NCBI GenBank assembly: GCA_050696815.1
Contig: JBOGYW010000002.1
Location: forward strand, 1 to 58,008
From: Solirubrobacterales bacterium
GTDB taxonomy: Bacteria > Actinomycetota > Thermoleophilia > Solirubrobacterales > JACPNS01
Direction of reading: 5' to 3'
DNA: 58,008 nucleotides
Part shown: piece by piece, positions 9,863 through 17,800 of the stretch
Layout of the letters: each line of letters starts with the position of its first letter
Numbering within the stretch: position 1 is the stretch's first letter
Translations under genes and position numbers: made by a program
Notes under the pieces: generated by a model
What the model saw: the letters and a program-made list of their open reading frames with translations, nothing else
Database searches by the model: none
Told to the model about the DNA's origin: nothing

Positions 9863-10834
9863 TCACCCAGTGAATTGGGGAGTCACGCGCTTGACCGTGA
9901 CCTTCGCGGCGCAGCGCGTGAACGAGCCGAACTTGCTCGCCGCCTTGCCGTTGCTGAAGACCGTGACGACCTCGAAGTTGTGCTTGCCGGCCTTGTAGCT
10001 GCGCGCACTCAGCTGAAACGCCTCGGCGCCGCTGTGCGTCTGCTTCTTCTTGCCGTCAACGAACAGCGTCGAGGACTTGATCGAGCCGCTGCTGTACGAC
10101 GGGGCGATCTTGAAGACACGCGAGACGCAGCGCTTGAACTTGGTGATCGCAAGCGACGGGTCGGCCTCGGCGACGACCTGCGGTGCGGACCAGGTGACCT
10201 GGCCGGTGTCCGTCAGTTTCGCGGTCAGACACTCGAGCACGACGGCACCGGCCTGCGGGCCCTGGCAGAGTGCCTCTGCAATCGGCTGCTCGTTGAAGAA
10301 GCCTTCGCATGCGGCCGGCAGCGGGCCATCCGCCTTTTCGCCGTTGTAGATCGGGTAACAGATGTCCGGCAGCTCGAGACTGGCCTCGACCACGTCAGTG
10401 CCGGTCAGCTGGGAAGTAAAGGAGAAGCTGGCGACGCCGCTCGCGTTGAGCGCGCCTTCGCCGGTCAAGCCGGTGTTCGGTCCGCTCGTGACCTTGAACG
10501 CCACGGTCACGCCCTCAAGCTCGTCGATCTCGCCGTAGACGCAGGCGTCGTAAGTGTCACCGAACGACGCATCGACCGACTGGAGCTGCGGCGGCGCGGG
10601 GTTGGTCGAGGTGACCGTCGCGGTGAAGGCCTGTTGCGTGCCCACCAGCTGCGAAGCCGTCTTCGGCGCGACGGTCAGCTTGCAGAGATCAGCGGTCGTG
10701 TAAAAGGTGTAGCCGCCGCTCGAAACGGCCGCGGATGCGGATCCGGTGGCGACTGCGAACGCCGCGACGATGCACAGCAACGTAAAAATTGTCCGAGCGC
10801 CGAGCTGGCGCGCAACGTGGGCCGAGCGAATCAA
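9863..10834 (-). CDS. Secreted Ig-like-domain protein, paralog P1 (C-terminus ...RVTPQFTG)
   Basis: TTG start preceded by GGAGA. Signal peptide ...AAFAVATGSASA. Big_1/invasin-like segment TQQAFTATVTS...VTVAFKVTSGPNTGLTGEGALNASGVASFSFTSQLTGTDVVEA. Lys-rich, Cys-bracketed C-terminal module. Paralogous to 11996..12880. Confidence 0.75.
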   Translation of the reverse strand: MIRSAHVARQLGARTIFTLLCIVAAFAVATGSASAAVSSGGYTFYTTADLCKLTVAPKTASQLVGTQQAFTATVTSTNPAPPQLQSVDASFGDTYDACVYGEIDELEGVTVAFKVTSGPNTGLTGEGALNASGVASFSFTSQLTGTDVVEASLELPDICYPIYNGEKADGPLPAACEGFFNEQPIAEALCQGPQAGAVVLECLTAKLTDTGQVTWSAPQVVAEADPSLAITKFKRCVSRVFKIAPSYSSGSIKSSTLFVDGKKKQTHSGAEAFQLSARSYKAGKHNFEVVTVFSNGKAASKFGSFTRCAAKVTVKRVTPQFTG

Positions 10835-10963
10835 TGGATTCTCCTATCCGAGTTTGAATGCGCCGCATCCGGCGGCGGTCAAGTTAAAAGGTCGCATCGC
10901 GCCTGCCACCGAGCTCTGGCCGAGTGGCGCGGCAACCAATACCTACTTAGATTTGAGTCTAGG

Positions 10964-11932
10964 TCAATTCTCCGGTTTGTCAAGGCCTGAAACTATGCGT
11001 TCACGCAGCATTTCCGTGGTGCCCGCGGCCGCGGCGCGGGCGCTGCGCGCGTCGCTCAACTCGACCCCGTGTTCGTTCGCCAGATCGAGCAGCTGCTGGC
11101 TCTTTTCGCCCTCGTTGGCTGCCTTGAAGAACAGCCAGCCGAACAGCACGAACGAGATGAATGTGCCCTCGGCCATCATCACCGCCCCAGCGACGCTCTG
11201 GTCGGCGACCGGCGAGAGACCCCAGACGTTCACTGAGTGCTGGTACTGCTGGTAGTAAGCGGTGCCGCTGAAGACGAAGACGTTGCCGAGCAGCACGCCG
11301 GCCAGACGCACGCCGATGATGTAGAAGAGCTTTGCGACGTTGCCGAACCAGGCCGGCTGCGGCAGCGGGCCGAACAGCGCCATCCACATGTTGAAGCCAG
11401 CGCTGAAGAACAGCATGTGCTGAATCACGTGCACGGTGTCGTGATTGAGTGCGGCTTCGAACATCACCGGCAGGTGCCAGAAGTACATGTTCGCGATCCA
11501 GAAGACCAGCGCCACGACCGGGTTGGTCAGCGGGCGCAGCGCCGCGATCAGCTTGATCTTCAGCAGCGGCTGGATCAGTGGGCCCGTGATGCCGAGCACC
11601 ATCAACAACGCCGCGAGGTCGCCGATCATCAGGTGTTCGAGCATGTGCGAGAGGAACGAGTTGTCGTCGCTCGCGCCCAGTGGCGAGAGCGGCTCGGCGA
11701 CCAGCAGGAAGATCGCGCCGTAGAACGCGATCTGCCGCGCCACACCGACGCGCCGCGGCGTCTTCGCAAGCGTGCGCACGCGGCGGGCGTACCCGAAGGT
11801 CACCACCGCAAGCAACAAGACCATTGGCGGCGACACCGATCCGAAGGTGACTTCCGCGAGGATGAACTTCACGTTCTCAACGCTACCAGCGGGAGCAAGA
11901 GTCCAGAAAGGCCGACGCCCGCCGCGTATCAA
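10964..11932 (-). CDS. Cytochrome c oxidase assembly factor CtaG-like membrane protein (Caa3_CtaG family)
   Basis: Polytopic. Motifs: SHMLEHLMIGDLAALLMVLG...NPVVALVFWIANMYFWHLPVMFEAALNHDTVHVIQHMLFFSAGFNMW. This matches the H-x-x-x-H / W-H-x-P / H-x-x-Q-H pattern of that family. Start uncertain (GTG 11872 plausible). Confidence 0.6.
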   Translation of the reverse strand: MIRGGRRPFWTLAPAGSVENVKFILAEVTFGSVSPPMVLLLAVVTFGYARRVRTLAKTPRRVGVARQIAFYGAIFLLVAEPLSPLGASDDNSFLSHMLEHLMIGDLAALLMVLGITGPLIQPLLKIKLIAALRPLTNPVVALVFWIANMYFWHLPVMFEAALNHDTVHVIQHMLFFSAGFNMWMALFGPLPQPAWFGNVAKLFYIIGVRLAGVLLGNVFVFSGTAYYQQYQHSVNVWGLSPVADQSVAGAVMMAEGTFISFVLFGWLFFKAANEGEKSQQLLDLANEHGVELSDARSARAAAAGTTEMLRERIVSGLDKPEN

Positions 11933-11995
11933 TCAACGGGGCGGGCGTCGTTTCCCACGACAGTCTGAGCTGCCGGGACATCTATTGGCTTTTGA

Positions 11996-12880
11996 TCAGC
12001 CGGTGAAGTTCGGGCTGATGCGGCGCGCGGTGGTGCGCACGGCGCAGCGCTTGAACTTGCCGGTCTTGACGACGCGCGTGCCGTCGCTGAAGTACGTCGT
12101 GAGCTTGATCGAGTGCGTGCCGGACGAGTACTTGCCGCTGTCGATCGTGAACGACTTCGAACCCGAGTCAGAGCTGCCGCCGCTTGTCGTCGTCTTGACG
12201 GTCTTGCCGTCGACCTGAAGCACGAACTTGGTTGCCGTGCCGTTGGTGTACGACGACTTGATCGTGAACTTACGGCTCTGGCACTTCTTCGAAACCGACA
12301 GCGCCGAGTCCGGTGCGCCCTGCGGCGTCACGGGAGTCGTCGGCGGCAGCCAGATCTTCGAAGCCGAAGCCCACGAGACGCTGCCGTTCGGAATCGTGAC
12401 CGGGTCCCAAAGCGGCAGGCCGGTCTGGTCGTCGTACTCCATCGCCGTGTAGGCCTCAACTACGTCGGTACCGGCGTTCGAGCTGCTCCAGGTGAACGTC
12501 GCCTGGCCGTTGGCGTCGGTCACGCCCGAGCCCTTGGCTCCGGCGTTCGGGCCGCTCATGACGTCGAAGTACACGGTCAGGCCTGCGCCGGCCGCGACCT
12601 TCGTGACCTCCGGGTCGTTGCAGTAGACGTCGGGGTCGTTCGAACCGCTGTACTGCAGCGTCTTCGTCAGCGTCGCGGTGACGGTGTGCGAGGACTGCTG
12701 CGGCAGCTGGTTGGTGGCCGTCGGCGGGTTGAGCGTCAGGCAAATCTGCGTGTTGTGCGCGAATGCGCTGGTGGCGCCCGCAAGCATCGCGATCGCCGCG
12801 CTGAACAAAGCGAGCAGGAGAGCGATCGTCCGACGTGCGAACAGGGGGCGAGTCTGCGCCGAGTGCATGATCAAATCCAT
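11996..12880 (-). CDS. Secreted Ig-like-domain protein, paralog P2 (C-terminus ...RISPNFTG)
   Basis: Signal peptide LLLALFSAAIAMLAGATSAFA followed by H. Ig-like segment SHTVTATLT...LTVYFDVMSGPNAGAKGSGVTDANGQATFTWSSSNAGTDVVEA. C-terminal module KKCQSRKFTIKSSY...GKFKRCAVRTTARRISPNFTG aligns with P1. Confidence 0.75.
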   Translation of the reverse strand: MDLIMHSAQTRPLFARRTIALLLALFSAAIAMLAGATSAFAHNTQICLTLNPPTATNQLPQQSSHTVTATLTKTLQYSGSNDPDVYCNDPEVTKVAAGAGLTVYFDVMSGPNAGAKGSGVTDANGQATFTWSSSNAGTDVVEAYTAMEYDDQTGLPLWDPVTIPNGSVSWASASKIWLPPTTPVTPQGAPDSALSVSKKCQSRKFTIKSSYTNGTATKFVLQVDGKTVKTTTSGGSSDSGSKSFTIDSGKYSSGTHSIKLTTYFSDGTRVVKTGKFKRCAVRTTARRISPNFTG

Positions 12881-13084
12881 TTCTTTCTGGTGCCGAGTGT
12901 TTCCGGCTGAGATCAGCGGTCCGAGATGAAAATCCGAGATGTTGCTGCAAATCGCAGCATATGGTCCCCGAACAACTGATTCTGCCGAGTCAGTCGTTAC
13001 TACCGACTAGTCCACCCTAGCACCGGCTTGGTCGCGTGTCCAGCTGACAACCAAGGGATATTCCCGCAGTTTGCGGGCGCGGAG

Positions 13085-13120
13085 CTACCCGGTTGGCGGT
13101 AGCCGCCGCCGACCGGGTAG
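13085..13120 (-). terminator. GC-rich hairpin 20 nt after the P3 stop (terminator candidate, no U-tract)
   Basis: CTACCCGGT (13085-13093) pairs with ACCGGGTAG (13112-13120), with an inner GGCGG/CCGCC stem. A second small hairpin, CCCGCA-GTT-TGCGGG, lies just beyond it. Confidence 0.4.
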
Positions 13121-13139
13121 TAGGTCTCCGAGCGACGAG

Positions 13140-14228
13140 CTAGGTCGTGAACTTCAACTTTGCTGCCCTGCCCTTGTTCTTGCCCTTGTCGATCGCGTAA
13201 ACACTGAACTTGTGCTTGCCCGACTTCAGGCCCTTCGCCTTGTACGGCGACCGGCAGGTCTTGCTCTTGCTCTTGTCGAGCTTGCAATTGAAGGTCGAGC
13301 CCTTCTCGTTCGAGGAGAAGTAGATCTTCGATCCCTTGCGCTTCGTAATCGTGGTCTTCGGCGCCGTCGTGTCGGTGAACCTCGCGTCGATCGTCTTGTC
13401 GCCGTCCATCTTCACCGCGCACGGCGAGAAGTTGCAGCCGCCGCCCGTGAAGAGCTCAAAGTTCGATCCCGTAGCCGCGTTCGCCTGCAGCGCGACGATC
13501 GTGTTGTCACCGAAGACGACACTGCAGAGCGAGCCGCAGTTGACGCCGCCGACCGACGAGGTCACGGTGCCGCTGCCGTTGCCGGACTTCGTGATCGTCA
13601 GCGCCTGCGCGCCGGTGCTGAACGTCATCGCGAACTGCAGATCCTCGCCGTACAGCGACCATGGGGAGCCGGTCCAGTCGGCTTCAGATGTGCCGTTGTT
13701 CTGGTAGAAGAACGTGCCGCCCGGATAGGCGGTGTCGTTGTCGGTCGAGCGAAACCGGCCGGCGGCGCCGGCGCTGGCTTCAAAGTCCTTCGAGACGCTG
13801 AGGAACAGGACGTACCTGGTCGAAGGCACCAAGGCGATGCCGCCGGTGTTGAAGGTCAGTTCGGTGACGCCGATGCTGAAATCGGTTTCGCGAATACCGC
13901 TCTCGTACAGAGCCGAGCCAGTGGCCTTGCTCGTCCCGTCGTCCCAGGCGTAGACCTCTGCGCGGCTGAGCAGGGTGTTGGGAACGTTTTCGACCCTGAA
14001 CGTAAAGCTGGTCAGCTTCTGGTTCGGGTCGGCAGGGGACGTGATCGTCTGTCCGTACGTCGCCGTGTTCGGGACCGCGTAGCTGCTGATGAAATTGAGG
14101 TTCGCGTCGTCGCGTGTGTCGACGATGGTTGAACTTGCGTGGGCCGCGGGAACGACGAACAACGACAGCGCCGCGGCGAGGATAAGTGAGCGTTTGAGTG
14201 AGGTTTTCATAACGCGAAATCCTGCCAT
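13140..14228 (-). CDS. Secreted protein P3: N-terminal beta-rich domain + divergent InlB B-repeat-like domain + Lys-rich Ig-like C-terminal module (...KLKFTT)
   Basis: Signal peptide MKTSLKRSLILAAALSLFVVPAAHA (likely start ATG 14210). LTITKSGNGSGTVTSSVGGVNCGSLCSVVFGDNTIVALQANAATGSNFELFTGGGCNFSPCAVKMDGDKTIDARF matches the widespread G-x-G-x-V-x-S...C...C...F B-repeat-like pattern. The last ~77 aa resemble the toxin's Ig modules (FNCKLD...CRSPY...GKHKFSVYAID). Confidence 0.75.
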   Translation of the reverse strand: MAGFRVMKTSLKRSLILAAALSLFVVPAAHASSTIVDTRDDANLNFISSYAVPNTATYGQTITSPADPNQKLTSFTFRVENVPNTLLSRAEVYAWDDGTSKATGSALYESGIRETDFSIGVTELTFNTGGIALVPSTRYVLFLSVSKDFEASAGAAGRFRSTDNDTAYPGGTFFYQNNGTSEADWTGSPWSLYGEDLQFAMTFSTGAQALTITKSGNGSGTVTSSVGGVNCGSLCSVVFGDNTIVALQANAATGSNFELFTGGGCNFSPCAVKMDGDKTIDARFTDTTAPKTTITKRKGSKIYFSSNEKGSTFNCKLDKSKSKTCRSPYKAKGLKSGKHKFSVYAIDKGKNKGRAAKLKFTT

Positions 14229-14350
14229 ACCCGTCAGTCACTTAGCTATCGAACGTCCAAGAGAGCACGCTTTCTTCGCGTTTGCTCAACGGAGCAACTC
14301 GACAACCAGCGTTTTTTGGGTCGCTGCCGATGCGATTGCCGGCAGCGCAA

Positions 14351-14806
14351 TCAGTGGCGATACGGCTCTCTCTCGAGCTCCCGGATCTCTACGCCGCGGC
14401 ACACCACTTGAATCGAATGCCCGTCACCCTCCCAAAGGGCCTCGACCATGAGCGGCCGGAAATCATGCGCTTTGGCATGTCGATCAAGGATCAAAGAATC
14501 TGTTTCCGCGCGCAAGAGCGATATTTCCGTATAGCCCCAGCTCACCTGTTCGCGCTCGGCAATGAACTGGTCTGTCATTTCGTTGCGAAATCGGAACTCC
14601 AGAGTGTTCGCGCAAATCAACGACACCCGCAGCGGTTCCTCAACCACGGTTGTTTGGTCCTCACTCCACACGTAATGAATCGCTAGCTCGAAGTCCATTC
14701 CTGGATGCAGCATCCTGGCTTCTACAAGCATGCACTCCTCGAAACGCTTGTAGCGCTCAAGTTCAGCGGAGAGTTGTTCAGCGGTGGTGAGCAGTTTTTT
14801 ATTCAC
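14351..14806 (-). CDS. Candidate immunity protein for the RHS toxin (unknown family)
   Basis: Distal part of track ORF 14351..15334. GTG at 14806 overlaps the toxin stop by 8 nt; ATG 14833 and ATG 14731 are alternatives. Acidic, cytoplasmic-looking, about 150 aa: ...MDFELAIHYVWSEDQTTVVEEPLRVSLICANTLEFRF.... Noticeably more A/T-ending codons than its neighbours. Confidence 0.6.
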   Translation of the reverse strand: MNKKLLTTAEQLSAELERYKRFEECMLVEARMLHPGMDFELAIHYVWSEDQTTVVEEPLRVSLICANTLEFRFRNEMTDQFIAEREQVSWGYTEISLLRAETDSLILDRHAKAHDFRPLMVEALWEGDGHSIQVVCRGVEIRELEREPYRH

Positions 14807-17800
14807 GCAGATAAATGCCGTGCGAGCCTTCATTCGTACCTGGATCACGGCCGTACTCGTCAAGATACTGGCCGTGCCTGTTGCGCATACGGATCTCGGT
14901 GCCGCCTTCGCGGGGACGCATGCGCACCTGCTCTCCGCCGGGACCTTCAAACAGCGGACCTTTTCCATCATTCGACACGCGCTGCTTCCAGCCGCGCCGT
15001 GTAAGAATTTCTCGCACCTGAGCAGCGGTCTTGTCCCGCACCGAGCCAGTTTCAAATAGCTCACGCATTTCTGGACTCGCATCGCGCAATGCGCCTGGAA
15101 GTCCACCGGGCGGACGGGACGGCTCATCGCCACCGCGGCCAGACCCAGGCGGCGGGTCCTTGGGCTCCTTGGACAGGCCGGTTTTCTGCTTGAAAACCTC
15201 CCAATGCGTATGCACCATGGCCTTGGTCTGGTCCCACAAGTCGTACCAAGGATCGACTCCGCAGTCGAAACACGGGGAGCCCCCGGGGGGAAACGGGCGA
15301 GGCCTGTCGATCGCAGATCGCCCATCGAGGTCAAATTTTACCGACGGATCGTTCAGCGCGTACGCAAACGGATTCTGCGTTTGCGGGGAACTGCGTTCGC
15401 CCGGAAGGGGATCGCGCGAAACAAACCGCCCCGAACTCGGGTCGAAGATCCGCGCGCCCATGTGGATCTGATCAGTTCCATACATGGCGGAACGGCCGTG
15501 CGCACCGAGGTAGCCGAAAGAGTCGTCGTCCAGACCGCTTCCACCGCTGGCGCCGCCGATATCAAGATCGACACCAAACGGGTCGTAATCACGCACGTCT
15601 GAAAGGTCACCCGACTCGTTGAGATTCGCGAGCACCGATCCATGCTCGTCAACCAGCGGGTAGGTCGCCGACGCTGCGTTGACGTCGGTTTCGATCAGTC
15701 CACGCGGCCCGTATGCGTAAGCCTTCGAGCGCGTCGCCGCCGAGGTCGTTCCGTCGCCGACGTGAGTGGACTCCGCGACCGGACGATCGTCCAACTCGTA
15801 GTTGTACGTGCGCGTGACTGAATCGCCCGAGGTCTGGACCAACCGATTCAGCGCGTCGTACGAGAACGTCTGCTCGCCGTTCTGGAGTGAATCCTTGCCT
15901 GTCAGGCGATCCAGTGAGTCATACGCGTACGTCGTCGCGCCGGACGGTCCGGTGTCAGACGCTGTGCGACCCTGGTCGTCGTACGTGTACGTGTGCTCGC
16001 CGGGAGCGGACGTCATCTGGTTGAGAGCGTCGTAGGTGTACGCGTCACCGTTCTTCGTCAAACGATTGCCGGCCGCGTCGTACGTGTACGTATCCGCGTG
16101 GTCACCGAAATCGACGTCGGTCAAGCGGTCAAGCGCGTCGTACCCGTAGTCCTGAGTGCTCGTCGGCGTTTCGCGGTGCGTCGGGTTGCCGTTTGCGTCG
16201 TAGCGGTAGAAGAGCCGCGAGCGGAGCTCGCCGCTGCCGTTTCGCGAGTACGAGCGCGTCAACCGGTTCGCGAGGTCGTAGAAGTTCTGCTGGCGCAGAA
16301 CTGTCTTTGCCACGCCACCCGCCGCCGGACGCGTCGTTGTCCGCTCGATCAAGTTCCCGCTCCCGTCGTACGCGAAGCGGTGAACCCGGCCGTTCGGCAT
16401 CGTGACCGACGTGATGCGGTTTCGTGAGTCGTAGTCGAACTCGGTGGTTCCGCTGACATTTGTGCGCGACGTGACGTTGCCGTTCGCGTCGTAGCCGAAC
16501 GTCGTCGAAACTCCGAGCGCATCAGTCGCCGACTCCATTCGATCTGCGTCGTCGTATCCGAAATGGACCACTCGGTCGGCAGCGTCCTTCGCATCGGTCA
16601 GCCGGCCGTCGGCGTCGTAAGTGAACTCTTCGGTCGAATCGTCCGCGAGCGTGATGTTCTTTACATGGTTGAGTGCGTCGTACTCAAACTCGGTGGTCTC
16701 GCCTTCCACGTCCTTCGTCAGCAAGTTTCCGACGTCGTCGTATGTGTAGGTCGTCGTTAGGCCGAGTGGCTGCTCGACGACGGTCTGGTTTCCCGCCTCG
16801 TCGTATTGATAGGTCGTGACGTTGTCCCTCGGATCCGTTTTTCGAATCGCCTCGCTGTCCGCGTTGTACTCGTAGGTCGTTTCTCCGCCCTTGGCATCGA
16901 TGACCTTCGTGAGGTCTCCGGCGAGGTTGTATTCGAACTTCGTCGAGTGGCCCCGAGCGTCGGTTTCAGCGGTCTTGCGGCCCAGCACGTCGGAGGAATA
17001 AGTGACCGCCGCTCCCTCCGGACCAACTTCACGGACTACTTGCCCGTTCGCGTTGCGAATCGTGCGCCCGATGCCACCTCGTGCATCGGTTTCGCTAGCG
17101 ACCTCGCCGAACTCGTCGTAGCCGTAGCTCGCCGTGGTCTTCCCTTCGATGCCAGTGGTTGACAGCCGGCCGAGGCCGTCGTAGTCGGAAGTCGACTCAT
17201 TGCCGTTGGGGTCCGTCACCTTGGTGACATGCCCCGAGTCGTCGTAGTCAAACGAGGTCGTGCCTCCCTCTGGATCCTCGACCGACTCGACGTCTCCCAT
17301 CGGCAGGTGGGAGTACGTCGTCACGTGGTCCATCGGGTCGGTGACCGTTTCGACGTTTCCGTGCTCGTCATAGGTGTACGAGGTCTCGCCGTCCAACGCG
17401 TCGATCACGTGCTCGACGCGACCGGCGTCACCGTAGGTGTATTCGGTTCGGTTTCCATTCGCGTCCACCGTCGCCGAAAGCACCCCGGGTGCGTCGTACT
17501 CGAACGATGTCGACTCCGTCGCCCCACTGACCACCTTGTGTTCAGCCTGTAGATCGTTCGTGTCTTCGTCGTAGTCGTACGACGTCACCCGCCCGGTCGG
17601 GTCGGTTTCGGACGTCTTGTTGCCGTGCGTGTCGTAGGTGTACGTCGTCGTCCGGCCAGCGGCGTCGACAATCGACGTCAGTCGGTTGTTTGTGTAGGTG
17701 AGCGTCGATTTGCGCCCATCAGGCCGCACGACCGACGTGATGTTGCCGTTCGCGTCTCGGTGGTACTCGCTGCGGATCCCGCCCGGCTTCGAAACGGAAG

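Noticed and set aside
9863-9880. Reading P-Q-F-T-G / P-N-F-T-G as a sortase (LPXTG/LAXTG-like) sorting signal
   Set aside because: The proteins terminate immediately after the Gly. There is no hydrophobic segment or positively charged tail, and no sortase gene in the window.
14834-15334. Upstream two-thirds of track ORF 14351..15334
   Set aside because: It lies inside the toxin gene in another frame and has an Arg/Cys/Pro-rich composition. Only the part from about 14833/14806 downward is plausibly coding.
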